Positions 1 through 13,279 of a stretch of 64,000 nucleotides of DNA are shown one piece after another. The stretch is from Parasitella parasitica NRRL 2501. Its lineage: Eukaryota > Fungi > Mucoromycota. The translations under genes and the position numbers were made by a program. Within the stretch, counting starts at the first letter, position 1. Each line of letters starts with the position of its first letter. Where the stretch lies: assembly GCA_025201805.1 (NCBI GenBank), contig MU619267.1, positions 1 through 64,000 of the forward strand, read 5' to 3'. The notes under the pieces are model-generated. The model was not told where the DNA came from, made no database searches, and was given only the letters and a program-made list of their open reading frames with translations.

Positions 1-879
1 ATAGCGCCAAGTCAACACTAAGTTTTCCAAGTTAGATCATGGTTCTACGGTCATTTTAGCAAAAGTTATGAGCAAATATCTGATATTTATGATAACATGT
101 AAATACTTGCGAATTAATAGTAATGGAAAGAAGCTCTTGGAATTAATGTTTGAAGCACTCGAATTGTCTTTAACATGAGGAAAATTTGTATTATTGAAGA
201 ACGACGGAATAAAGATGCTGTTGTGGCAGGTCTTGAAATTGAGCACAGTAGGTGATTGTATATGATATAAAGATAATAAGAAAGAAATAAACACTTAATT
301 TACCAGATACAAAACTATTGACTTATTGATTGACAAGAAGCTGTCTATTTATTAGAATTAATCTATCTGAATCAATCTATAAAATACAATCAAGTCATGT
401 TAGACATTTAATTGTCAAACAAGATTATAACACAGTAGTAGTCAGAGCTAGACCTATTTCTATATTTAATCAGCTAATCGTTATGAATGTGAATCATTCA
501 TCGATAAGTTGAGCTTCGCAATGTAGAATAAGTAGAACCCAAATAGATGGTTTCTTATACAAGACATTCTATTGAATACTTCTATTTACAAGATAGAATA
601 ATCGATGCCATTGAACCTTAGATCCGATCAGGAACGGTTGCCATGACAACTGAGTTGAAATACTGGTCAAGGATACAACAGATGCAAGAAAAAAAAAGTA
701 TTTAATTATTGTTGCGTAGATTTATTGTATCGTAAAGTAGAACAGTAATAAATGTAATTATATTGAGTGAAAGAGGAACGTGAGAATTATGTGTAAACAA
801 TCGATCGATGTCAGGATATTAAAGTAGAGGGAGAGGCATAATTGGCACCAAAAAGATAATAATTTCTACTAATGATGGT

Positions 880-1952
880 TTATTGAGGTACTATTTGATG
901 TACTTTTACTTGATGTGTCTAAATAGAGTGTTATGGTCGATAAATTATACACTTGATTCTCGACTCTACCTTGAGATTTCCACGTTGGGTGAAGCCCTTG
1001 CCACAGTTGGGAAAAGCACACACAAAAGGCTTAACTGGCCAATGTATCTTTTCATGAGTCTTTAAATTGCCTAGTTGTGTAAAAGCTTTATCACATCCAT
1101 CATAAGTACACTATAACAACAATCATTGGAGATTAGTTGAATAATCTATCGAGACTACTGTATAACGTTACATGATATGGTCTTTCGCCAGTATGTTTTC
1201 TCGAATGCGTCTATGTGAATCAAGCTCTTGTCAACATTTCGTACCTAATTTTAGTCGCATGCATACCTTCAAATTACCATATTGTGTGAATGATTTGCCG
1301 CACTCCGCATAAGGACAAACCTTTTATCTTTTGTGTTAGATCCAAAAAAATTGGATAGTACAACAATCCCACTTACATAGGGTCTACTTTGTGGGCCTCT
1401 TATATTATCATCGTTATTGTTGTCTCCTCCAGCAGTACGTCCATGTACAGTTCTGTACGAGTAAAAAGAATCAATATGTCCACATTTCGAGAATTAGCAT
1501 GTTTTAATATTTTACCTTTGATGTATTCGTAATCCGTTAGAATGATCAAAATATTCTGAACAGCCTGGCTCATTGCAAGTAAAAAGTTTACGTGAATCAT
1601 ACATCGAGGGTAACTGTTGATGAAAATGCTCCGGGTTTCGCTGCTGTTGTGGTGGATGTTGTGTTTGAGGAGGTAAGCTGGTATCAGGTCTACTGCCGTA
1701 ATGAGGATGTTGTGAAGGAGGTTGTTGAGCACGATATGGTGATTGCTCATGCAAACTAGGTAAATGATTACTCATATAAGCACTATTGGCATATGGAGGT
1801 TGCTGCTGCTGTTGAGCATGATGTTGATGTGCTTGTTGATGATGATGCTGTGGATGTTGTTGCTGGGGATGTTGCTGTCGTTGATGATGTTGCTGTTGTG
1901 GATTTTGCTGTTGGTGATGCTGCTGCTGCCCATAAGGATGTGTAAACGACAT
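880..1952 (-). CDS. C2H2 zinc-finger transcription factor, Azf1-like, Q/H-rich N-terminus, 6 exons
   Basis: Manual splicing through GT-AG introns gives four fingers: CNEPGCSEYFDHSNGLRIHQRTVH, CPYAECGKSFTQYGNLKTHSRKHTGERPY, CTYDGCDKAFTQLGNLKTHEKIH, CAFPNCGKGFTQRGNLKTHQVKVH. Stop TAA at 880-882. The FTQLGNLKTH motif is Azf1-like. Confidence 0.85.
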
Positions 1953-2451
1953 GATTCCTTATGATTTGTTTGATTTACTTTTATGATTTACTCTAGCTGT
2001 GCAGAACAAAAAAAAAAAAAAAAGAGTTAGAACCCATATCGAAAAAAAAATATTTTTTATCCTGGGCTGTTCGATATGTCCAATTAAATTTGGATGAAAA
2101 ATTTCGGCGAAACCAGCATTTAGAAAATAAATTCACCACTTTTAAAAGAGAATAATTTTGAAATGGTTACAAAGGTTCTTTATTTAAGCATTTATAGAAT
2201 ACATCGAACGAGCACTGGTTGAAATTTTGTATGTATTTGACAGGAACATCCTCGACACCCTCAATTACTCTTGCTTCCATGAAGATGGTAGGTTAGCTCC
2301 AAAACACCACATTAGAGATAGTAATGCCTCATTCATATCCGCAAGAAATCACAAATTAGTGAAAAAAAAAGGCACACATATTTTTAAGCAACCATAATAT
2401 TGATAATGGTATGTTGAAAGAAGAATAGTAATTAAAAAAAGGACAAGGGAC

Positions 2452-4186
2452 TCAGAAAAGTGAGCTATCGATGGCCAGTTCATCATCAGCAGGTATATAA
2501 CCCACATCAAGCTTTACCTTGGGATTGATTCTCAAGCTATCAGTAAGTAAAGTAGGCATCAAGTCAGGGAACTGTCTGTGGGAACGATTATAGATTCTTT
2601 GGTTAACAATGTGAGACTGTCTCAAGTTAGCGATGGCAGTAATTGTTTGCTGTATCATGGTTCGCAAATTCCATAATTCAATACAAAGGGACTCCACTGG
2701 TAGCTCACAAGATGTACAGTTGTCAGGAATAACCACACTATTTAGCAAGTTCAGCACGTAAAGACCAGGGGCAGGCATCTCAAAGCTCCAGAATCGCAAC
2801 TTGTTTTTCTTTGCATGTAAAAAGAAGATGCGAACAGTGGTAAATATATCAAATGAAGCAAATTTGTAAGTATGAGCAATTTCATTGAGCATTGCAATTA
2901 ATCCATATCCAGCTTTAACATGATCCCTAATAAACCTGCTTTCATCATTAAGTTTGAAAGGACCAGACACCTCCAGAAGTACCAACTCGATGCGAGCATC
3001 ATCAATGAGAGTCGAAATACAGCCATCGGATTTGTAGTACTGGTTGCTGCGGATATTTTTCCGGGAAAGTTCCTTATCAACAGATCCTAAACGATATTCA
3101 CCACAATGAAACTTCAGCTCGTCAACAGTGGCAACAACAACGTCCAATAAAGGCCAAATGATATAGTGGGAGTAGTTGGATTCTTGATCAGTGACACAAA
3201 CGCTGGCAAAGATTGATTTCAGGAAGATTTCAAGAACAGAAGTCACCATGAATACTTGAGGGTCTTGTTTGTCTTCGTAGGCAATTTGGTATAGCATTCT
3301 TGACATAAGCGACATATCAGAGGTCTCATCGAATATAGGATCAAAGATTCCAGCATTATTTGAGACAGGATTGATGCTTGCAGATGGATTATATATAAAC
3401 AAATTATAAAGTTCAACAGAGTAAAAATCTCGGCATTGCATCTTATTTCCACATTGTATAATTCCCAGCCGTTCCAAACTGTACTTGTGCAAAGAATCAT
3501 CATCAAGATGCAATTTCCAACACGCCCAAATATCGTCTTGACTGTTGATAGCAGGTTGGTCGGTGGCAAGATCAACAAATTGTTCGGTAGCACAATCAGA
3601 TGCAGGAGATTCAGAGAGAGAATCACTTTCGGTAGCATGCGTAATGACTTCAGTAAGAGAGGATTGTTGACTTTCTGCAGGAGATGACACTGAGAGGCAA
3701 TTGTTTTCATCGATTAACGAAGTCTCAGGATCGGTGGGAATTGCGCTGTTATCAAAAATTGATTAATAAGAAATCCACCTAATATAAGGTTCATTTTCTC
3801 GTTTACCTATTGCATTTCTTGGCAGGAGGGTTTTCGAATTCGCGATCCTCTAACTCTCTTTTTTTTTGGTTATTATCATAGTAGTTGTGAACATTTCCAA
3901 AAGAAAAGCCGTGATTTGTCGATCTTTTAATATCAATATTAATATTTGGATTCGAGGTACGGGCTGGTATCGCTTTGGCTGGTTCTGATTGCCTGCAAAA
4001 GGTTTTCCAGTTTGTGAGCCATGACTTCAGTAGGTTGTCGTCTTCCTTCCGTAATTGTTCGTGAAATTTTGTCAACTGTTGCGCTATAGTCAAATTTGGA
4101 TCAGCTTTTTTAAACGCATCAAAAGCATCGCGAAAATTCCAAGCACTCTTCTTTGTAGTGTCGAAATAATCGAAATTTTTGTGCAT
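2452..4186 (-). CDS. Uncharacterised protein with C-terminal PD-(D/E)xK/restriction-endonuclease-like domain, 2 exons
   Basis: ORF 3803-4186 splices in frame (GTAAAC ... AACAG, about 3805-3746) to ORF 2452-3690. Motif YKSDG-x(13)-LLEVSG ... DHVK resembles expanded nuclease-fold families of Mucoromycota. Confidence 0.6.
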
Positions 4187-4619
4187 TTGGTTGTAATCGC
4201 GACTTTTCTCGTTTGGGAGGATACAATACTATATATCTCTTTTGGGGCTTTATTGATCAAGTGTCAGTAATACCATTGTTTTTTATTTCAGAAAAATACA
4301 CGTCACTGTCCTGCGGCACTCTATTATAGAAACATTTTTCTTGAATTGCACTTCATCAATTACATGTAGACAACATTAAACTCATAAATTCTGAGTAAAG
4401 GCAAGTAGATTTAATTTAATTATAAGAAGTATTAAGAGTATGGAGTTTTATTTTTATGAGATATCTGGAAAGTTTTATCTTTTCATAGTCAACTTGAAGA
4501 AGAAACTCATGGCCCTTGCCAAGCCATGGCGCTCTCTTTCCAACGGAATCTTCAAGAGGGTTTCAAGCGTATCGACGTTGTTGGTTACTTGTACCTGTCG
4601 AATGCGGCAGCCTCTGGCG

Positions 4620-5444
4620 NNNNNNNNNNNNNNNNNNNNNNNNNNNNNNNNNNNNNNNNNNNNNNNNNNNNNNNNNNNNNNNNNNNNNNNNNNNNNNNNN
4701 NNNNNNNNNNNNNNNNNNNNNNNNNNNNNNNNNNNNNNNNNNNNNNNNNNNNNNNNNNNNNNNNNNNNNNNNNNNNNNNNNNNNNNNNNNNNNNNNNNNN
4801 NNNNNNNNNNNNNNNNNNNNNNNNNNNNNNNNNNNNNNNNNNNNNNNNNNNNNNNNNNNNNNNNNNNNNNNNNNNNNNNNNNNNNNNNNNNNNNNNNNNN
4901 NNNNNNNNNNNNNNNNNNNNNNNNNNNNNNNNNNNNNNNNNNNNNNNNNNNNNNNNNNNNNNNNNNNNNNNNNNNNNNNNNNNNNNNNNNNNNNNNNNNN
5001 NNNNNNNNNNNNNNNNNNNNNNNNNNNNNNNNNNNNNNNNNNNNNNNNNNNNNNNNNNNNNNNNNNNNNNNNNNNNNNNNNNNNNNNNNNNNNNNNNNNN
5101 NNNNNNNNNNNNNNNNNNNNNNNNNNNNNNNNNNNNNNNNNNNNNNNNNNNNNNNNNNNNNNNNNNNNNNNNNNNNNNNNNNNNNNNNNNNNNNNNNNNN
5201 NNNNNNNNNNNNNNNNNNNNNNNNNNNNNNNNNNNNNNNNNNNNNNNNNNNNNNNNNNNNNNNNNNNNNNNNNNNNNNNNNNNNNNNNNNNNNNNNNNNN
5301 NNNNNNNNNNNNNNNNNNNNNNNNNNNNNNNNNNNNNNNNNNNNNNNNNNNNNNNNNNNNNNNNNNNNNNNNNNNNNNNNNNNNNNNNNNNNNNNNNNNN
5401 NNNNNNNNNNNNNNNNNNNNNNNNNNNNNNNNNNNNNNNNNNNN
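4620..5444. other. Assembly gap (825 N)
   Basis: Run of N. Confidence 1.
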
Positions 5445-6119
5445 CTGTAGCTGCACCCAAGATTGTCTGATTGTGTAATACTTCCGCAAGGAAGAGTATT
5501 GTAGACCGTTCAGGGAAATGCATCATTTAGTTTCTCTCAGAATTGCTGTATCTAATTTCTAGTGATCGATTGTAGTTTGGATCTTTTATTCGTCGCTTTA
5601 AATGTTTCTCTTTTTTTTTGTATTTTAGACATCATTCTTCTACTCTCAATAGAGTGATATCACGAAACCATCGCTCATACACTCTAATTCGCAAAGAATA
5701 CGTATCCTCTGAAAGTCTGTGGGCCTCTGTGATCAGTCTCCATCTGAAATCCCGTTTCGAATGAAATTTTCCACATTTTATAAACGCTATTCATTCACAA
5801 AAACTTGAAAATGCATACAAAATTTAGACCAGCACTTTTTCGATATATTCCCTAATTCTTGAATAAAGAACCTTTGTAGCCAGTTTGATATTTGGTCAAA
5901 TTATCTTCTTAAAAGTGGCGAATTTATTTTCGAAATGCTGGGAAAATTATAAAAACTTATTCAATGATTATTTAATATCCAGCTTAAAAGAAACATTGTA
6001 TGTATTATACATTAACTTGTTTTTTATGTACAAAAAAACTCGAAAACATGTTTGTACTGAGGAAAGGAACAAGAGACAAAAAAAGGCCACATCATTTGGA
6101 GACAAAAAGGCTCGTAGAA

Positions 6120-6420
6120 TCAAAAACAATCAAGTTTATGACCGAGGTGGAGATGAGGTCTTAAAAGTATGAAGAAGGTCTTGATACACGGATAGATCCT
6201 TGCTTGTTTATATGTCATTTATTTGTCAATGGTTGCTTTGCTTTCAATCAACGTCTTGCAAAGATCAGAAAAGCACTTTGCTTCGTCGTATTGCTCTTTG
6301 TTAGCTTCCACATTCGAGAATGTCAATCCTCAAGTCAAAAATAATTCCAAGAAAAAATCATCCAATGAAAAAGCGTTTTATGGACCATTGACCAATCAGA
6401 TTGCTATAAATAAATAGACT
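6120..6420 (-). pseudogene. Decayed fragment of a PD-(D/E)xK-like protein
   Basis: Minus-strand translation with one frameshift: DLRIDI/SNVEANKEQYDEAKCFSDLCKTLIESKATIDK. The D..ExxK..D.xKxLxExK pattern resembles Mucorales nuclease-like families. Stops and frameshifts surround it. Confidence 0.35.
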
Positions 6421-7473
6421 TCAAATAAGAATTTGGTTTCGAGATTGGAATAAACGTGCAAAGAGTCTGATATTGTGGTATTAAAAATAAAGATTATGGC
6501 CGTTAAGATGTCTAGCTTTTTCAGCTCTCTACAAAAATTCAATATGTTGGTATCGATGGTGATTGAAGGTACAAATGTTGTTCAAAGATTCAACAAAATA
6601 GCTTTGGTTATCAATGTTACACTTCTCGGCCTGAGTGAATTGTGGAAGATGTTTTCATCCTTTCTCACTGAAAAACTAGGTCTACATATTTAGATATGTT
6701 TTACCGTGTGTTTTAAGCGAACAATGATCACCACTGCAGCATGATTTTTTACATCACTGACAAAACTCTCCTTCAAATGAGCAACCTGTCCTATTGATTC
6801 GATTATAAACAATACCTGAAAAAACTTTCTAACATTTTGTCGAGATATATCGATTTTTCCTAATGCTCACCTTACCCAAATGTGATAATGCCCATAATGA
6901 TTGATAACTTGATTAACGATTCGATGTATAGACTGGTTTTGATGTATGATGACGTGTCACGAAAATCCAATGTAAAAAATCAATTCAAAAGTGAAAAAGG
7001 CAAAAGCAACATTAGAAATACCAATCACCATTTCTTTAATCTCTTTGCGCCTCTGTCTCTCTCTTCTATACCTCTCCATTTGCATTTAAAACTTGCCCTT
7101 TAATTGATAATATTTTTCATTTTTTAGTTTTCGTCTGTAAGATACAACACAAGATAAACATACAACATTTGTAAAAAAAAATTAAACAGGTAATAACTCT
7201 TTTTTATATAAAAAAAAAGAATACAAAATAATTCAATATTATTATCGTTTCTTCTTTCATATTCTTTGTTTTAACTTTTAATTTTTTTTTTTTTGAAAAT
7301 ATTAAAAATATTCCGTGCATGAAATAGGTAAATTTAACATTTTTTTTTCTTTGAACCAAGGGGAAAGAAAGGTACAGGTTGAACTAAAAAATTTTATATA
7401 TCAGAATTAGCTTTTGAGCTGTCACTTACTAAATTCAATCAACCAATTCAAGTACTATTGCAACTTCATTGTA

Positions 7474-9302
7474 ATGGGAGACTATCGACGAAAACTAAGA
7501 TCTTCAAAAACAACAGACGAAGAGATAGCTGCTGAAGGAAAAGAAATCAAACAAGAACCACTTTACGAGGATGATTTACTTTATAAAGAAGATCCAGAGA
7601 GTCCAAAGACCCCCCCTACGCAGACAAGCATAGAATCATACTTTCCTCCATCCCCGTTTGGTCGCAAACGCCATCAGCCTCATGGCGATAGATTCATACC
7701 ATCCAGAGATCGAAATTTGGCCAGAGACTTTCAAATGATGGAGCCGTCCCCTTCCAATAGCTCCAGACGATCAAGTGATGCAAGCGCTTCAAATACGCCA
7801 TCAAACAGTAGAGAATCAAGACGTATTAGTGCCTTCTTCCGTGCAGAACTATTAGATGATTTGTCAGCTGTCGATGAGTATGTGTATCCAGATTCACCAG
7901 CACGCACACCAAGAAGAGTATTACACTACACAAACCCACTTAATAACGCCAACAGTACAAATGCAGCTGCAATATCATCTTCTGCGTCATCCTCTACTAT
8001 TGACATTTCCCACAACATACCAAATAATCATAGCAACAGTAACAGTAACAATTCATCCTCAAGTTCATTATTCCCTCACTATCGTCGCTCCCCTGAACCA
8101 TCTGGGAATGGAGAATCGATTCCGGTTCTGTCCCCATCTCCAACAGCTAATGACTACTCATCGGTAGTAGATTATCCCAATTCATCTCGCTTTCAAACTT
8201 CACCCATAGGAGAAGCTGGTCGTCGAATTCTGCTATCTTCAGACAAAACTATTCGACATATTAACACGACAGCTATTAAAATACTGGATGCACCTGAGTT
8301 GCAAGACGATTTCTATCTGAATTTAGTTGATTGGGGCACTAACGATTGTCTGGCTGTTGGACTTGGAACATGTGTTTATTTGTGGAATGCAAATACAAGT
8401 CGAGTAACAAAACTTTGTGATTTTGTTACTGATAACGTAACATCTGTCAACTGGTCTTCAGTAGGTTCAATTTTAGCAGTAGGAACAAACTCTGGCAGAG
8501 CCATTTTATACGATACGGAACACTCAAAGAGAATAAGAACATGGTCAACGCACCCATCCCGAATTGGTACGTTGTAGATAGCTCTTGTAAACTGGATCTT
8601 TTGTAAAAAAAAAATTTAAAAAAACTATTGACAGGTTCAATGGCGTGGAGGTCCAACATTTTAAGCACAGGTGGTCGAGATCACACCATTTATCATCATG
8701 ATGTTCGCGCGTCAAGACCCTATTTCCGCAAGTTGATAGGCCATACACAGGAAGTATGTGGTTTAAAATGGAACCTGGAAGGTACAATGCTTGCATCAGG
8801 TGGCAACGATAATAACCTTCTCGTTTGGGACTCGCATGAGAATGTTATTGCGCATAGATTCTCTCAGCATACTGCTGCTGTCAAAGCAATTGCTTGGAAC
8901 CCACATAAGCGAGGTGTCTTGGTCAGTGGTGGTGGTACCGCCGATAAAACCATCAAATTCTGGAACACAATTTCTGGTAATTTGACCACTTCTCATGACA
9001 CCGGCTCCCAAGTTTGTAATATTACTTGGTCTAAAAAAACAGATGATATTGTATCAACACATGGGTATGCAAACAATGCAGTAAGCTCTTCAAACCAGGT
9101 CATTGTTTGGAAAGCTGACAAAATGCAAAGATTGGCAACGCTAACAGGGCATACATCTCGTGTATTGTACATGGCTATGAGTAATGATGGCAGTACAGTA
9201 GTTACAGGCGCTGGAGATGAAACATTGCGCTTCTGGGATATATTCTCTACCGCTGAAGGCATTCGAGTTGATCCAGAAGACAGACGATCTTGTCTTCGAT
9301 GA
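7474..9302 (+). CDS. CDH1: APC/C activator of the Cdh1/Fizzy-related WD40 family, 2 exons (intron 8567-8634)
   Basis: C-box GDRFIPSR, KILDAPELQDDFYLNLVDW, GHTQEVCGLKW, LASGGNDN, GGGTADKTIKFW, TGAGDETLRFW. C-terminal LR tail. Confidence 0.9.
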
Positions 9303-9905
9303 CCAATCAATCTGCAAACAAATCAAAGCCAACACAATCTCACCGTATACCTTTTGGTAGTGCTATGCGACTCTTTCTAATTGCAATTTCATTACCCCTA
9401 AACCTTCTCACATTTTCTGTGTCAATATAACCTGTACAGTCGCTTTTATATACACATATATAATCTTCTTAATCATTACAATCAATACTATTATTTCTAA
9501 ATACGAAATAAACACACATTTAAATTGCTTTTATTCTAAACCCGATTTTTGCACCTTCCATAAAAGGTATTTTGATATTATTGTAGGACAACGGCAATGC
9601 CTACCATTTATAGTTTATTTGAGAGAAGGGAATCATATCAAACGATGGTATCATTTTATACAGCAAATCAAGAAAAGTGGAGTAAAGCAATTGTTGTAGT
9701 AAGCGATATTTCAATTTCAGCAATGATTTATCCGGACATTTGCCACAAAATGCGCATGCCATGAAAGCGGATAATACATATCATAGCAATCTTGCATTGT
9801 TTTGGCTTAGATGCGTGACAATGTCCTTTTTTAGGTGTCAAAACAAGCTGTTACGATTTCAAACCAACTTTTCTTGTTTATCGTTTTTTTTTTCTTTGCT
9901 CAAGA

Positions 9906-10046
9906 ATGTCCAATGAACCTAGCCAAAAGAAAAGGTCAATTAACTCTGATCCGTATGCTGGCCAATACCCTCCTCCACCTCCACTGAATCAAAATGATTT
10001 AAATGTGGAAGAAAATCAGCAATTATACCAGCAACAAGAAGATCAA

Positions 10047-10095
<49 letters not shown>

Positions 10096-11120
10096 CGTTT
10101 TACATTATTGATCCATCCTTGTCCTCGAATCAACGTAATTCATTCTCTTCATCAAAAAGGCCATCTTTTCATGAGGATTCAAGATCGACTGCTCATGTAT
10201 CTATGGCAGCTTCATCAAATCATTCTGTTCAGGATCCATTACGAAGTCATTATCATGACACTGCCAGCAGCAGCCATAACAACTACACCGAAGATGGTGA
10301 TTACGATGATCCAGAAGCCGTTAATTTGAGAGAATATTTGTATGCAGAAAGACAAGAAAAACTTCGGCGACAAGAGCTTGAAATGCAGCAAAACAAGCAA
10401 CAAGGTCAATCGTATCCAGCAGCATCTGAACTGTCAACAGTAGATATGAGTGATGCTTATAGACATCATCATCCTCCTCCAAGACCAGAACAGGTATTTT
10501 ATAACAATGGAAATTCATTATACAGTGATGACACACTTTTGTATAATAACGACACTGTAACCTCGCCCATCATGATGCCTCCTTTACCGCCACCTGTCTT
10601 TGGCCACCCACAATCCTCTTCCGTGTTTACACCACCGCCTATACAACAGCACCACCACCACCACCAGCAGCAGCAGCAGCAATTCATATCTCCTTTTCGT
10701 CAACCTCAATTGGGCCAGCAATCGAGCAACCCATCCCTTATGACGCCCATAGTCTCTCCTTTACCACCACCACCACCACCACCACCACCACCCCTTCCCA
10801 TGATGATGAGTGACAAATTTTCAAGGAGACGAAATGGCTGCTGCTGTTATGGTGTTTCACTGTGCTCATTGTTGTGGACACTGATTTTACTTGTTATATT
10901 GATTGCCGGAATTTCACTGATTGTCATTGCAAAGGTGTTTGAAGATAAATGTACTGCATCTAGTGATTACGCAGATTCCAATGGAACACTTTGTAATCGG
11001 GTATTGCATGACGGATTCTTGTACGGTGGCATCATTATAGCAGGTTTATCAGCTATTATAATGATATGGAGAGTTGTTAGATGGTCCTGTTTTCACCACA
11101 GCAGAAAATTAATGGGATGA
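9906..11120 (+). CDS. Q/P-rich protein with two C-terminal transmembrane helices, function unknown
   Basis: 404-aa ORF with polyQ and polyP tracts, a CCC motif, then two hydrophobic segments flanking a C-x(11)-C loop. Confidence 0.75.
10047..10093 (+). repeat. (CAACAG)n coding microsatellite encoding polyQ
   Basis: Direct reading of the tandem caacag units. Confidence 0.9.
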
Positions 11121-11261
11121 GATGATCAATTGCATTTTATACGACAGATGTTGATGTTTTAATAGTTGATTTACAAATAAATTTACATGATTTTTTTTTA
11201 ACAAGAATGATAATATGTTAATTTATGCATATCTAACTCTATGCAGTTGTATGGTAATAGT

Positions 11262-12263
11262 CTAATCCTTGCTCTGCTTGGACTCTTTAGCAGCCTTTTT
11301 GGCTGCCCTTGCTTCTTTCTTTGATGCTTTAGCTGCCTTTCTAGCTGCTTTGGCTTCCTTTTTGGCTGCTTTGGCCTCCTTTTTGGCTGCTTTTGCTGCC
11401 TTTCTGGCTGCTTTTTCTTCCTTCTTGTGCTTTTTAGCTGATTTCCTATTGTCTTTGTCATCTGTACTTTTTCTCTTTTTATTGTTGGTAGCAGCAACTT
11501 GATCTTCCTCGTCGATAGGCCTCACATAATCCTGCATCACACGCTTAAATTTACCAGTTTGATCTACTAAACCACGGCCACCTTTTCTAGCTGTACGTCC
11601 CTCACAAGCAGCAAATAATTCAGCATCTGATACTTTCATCGAGTAATCTTTTAATTCATCATCCACCTCCCCGTCTTCATCAGAAGTTCTTGGTGAAGGT
11701 ACGGCTGATACAGTGGCACTCTTTACAAATGAGCCATACAGAGATGCACTCGCTAAACGTTGAGCAATGTTGATATGCACATCTTTTACCGAATCCATCA
11801 TATTGCGAGAATCTGCCATGGAGCTCATACTAGTACTGGTAGCAGTACTGGCTTCTTCTGTTGATTTGAAGCTTTTCCCAGTTGGGCGTTGCGTTGAAAT
11901 GATGCCAGTCTTGGAACGACGAGTTTCTCCTTTCACTATGGTCGCCACTTTGATCTCCCCTTTATCTTCATCTTTCTCCACGACCACAGAACTAGCGCTT
12001 TTATTGTACAGATGATCCCACCAAGCAAATTCCCACTGACCCTGGCCAACACCAACACCTTTCTTGTCATTCTTTATAGAGACACTGACATGCTTGATAT
12101 TACCTTCCTTGTTTTTGCCGAGACCATCACCGCTAAAAGAAACAGAAGAGTTTTTTTTTTTTTTTTTTTTAGGCATTGAATATGCTAATCACAATGTTAT
12201 TTACTTTTCCCAGCCGAATTTTTCCAATTGAGTTTGTGCAAATGATCCCTTCCACTTTTCCAT
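11262..12263 (-). CDS. G-patch domain protein (GPATCH4-like) with Lys/Ala-rich tail, 2 exons
   Basis: Spliced N-terminus MEKWKGSFAQTQLEKFGWE/GDGLGKNKEG...KNDKKGVG, then WWDHLYN, LFAACEGRTARKG and KKE/AAK repeats. Confidence 0.85.
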
Positions 12264-13279
12264 TTTGTAGTTTAATATGAAAAAGAAGTTGTGCAAAGAA
12301 AAAAGAAAAAAAAAAAGGTTGGAAGGTTCGCCGTGGCTTGGAGGGTGACTAAGTCTAAACCTTGGTTCCTGGATTTGCATGAGAACATAGAGGAGAAGCA
12401 AGCACGATCTGTTGCAGAAAAGAAAATACTCATCAAAAAGGCTTGGCAAAGATAGCTAGTGTACAATGGTCTCTATCGCAAAACAACAAAAGCTGAGAAG
12501 CTCTAACCTGATCGAATGATTTTTCCATTTCAGTTGACATGGTTTATACAAATGACTACACTAAAATCAACTTGAAAAATCTTTGTATAATCTTTTAAAC
12601 TGTCTTTATACTCAAGGCAAATACCACTGTGCATCATTAATATTTAAATGGTCAAGCCGCAATGTATAAGCCTCACAATAAGATAGTACAGTAGTTTATT
12701 TAATGTCTCTTTGCTCATTTTCTGTAGATCAGCAAAAGAAATCTTGTGGCATATATGTATAAATCTGCAAGGTTTTGAAACCTTTACATGTCAAAAATGA
12801 TAACCTATTTTCCAAGGTATGTGGTATATATGAGATCAAATTTGGGCGCTTATATTTTGGATGAGATGAAAATGCGATTTGTTAGCAAACCATATAATCA
12901 TCATTTAATGTGTGGCCATCGTACGCATTTGACGTGTTTAATCTGGAGCCTTTTGCTGCGACTGTGCACAGATCTTAGTTTGTATACATTCTATCATACC
13001 ACTTCAGAGCATGATATCAAGTATAGACAAAGTCCCGTAAGCCGTACATGAGCCATTTCGTTGCCTCAGCGCAATCATTTTGTTGATAACAATTAAATAA
13101 CGGAAAAAGGTGGGTAATCAGGGTTTAAAATACATATTTAAAAAAGAGAGATTAAGAGTAGATCAATTCACAGATATTAAAAATTGAAGCAAAACGAAAA
13201 AAGAAAAAAAAACAGGTGAAAAGCGTTAGAGTGAAATAGATATCTGTTGAACTGAAAAACTTGACTTTTTCATAACATA

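Noticed and set aside
1764-1964. Hydrophobic Leu/Met-rich ORF
   Set aside because: Antisense reading of the Q/H-rich tract of the zinc-finger gene
4440-5526. Five long ORFs in the track
   Set aside because: Artefacts of the 825-N gap
11269-11502. Ala/Leu repeat ORF
   Set aside because: Antisense of the Lys/Ala tail of the G-patch protein
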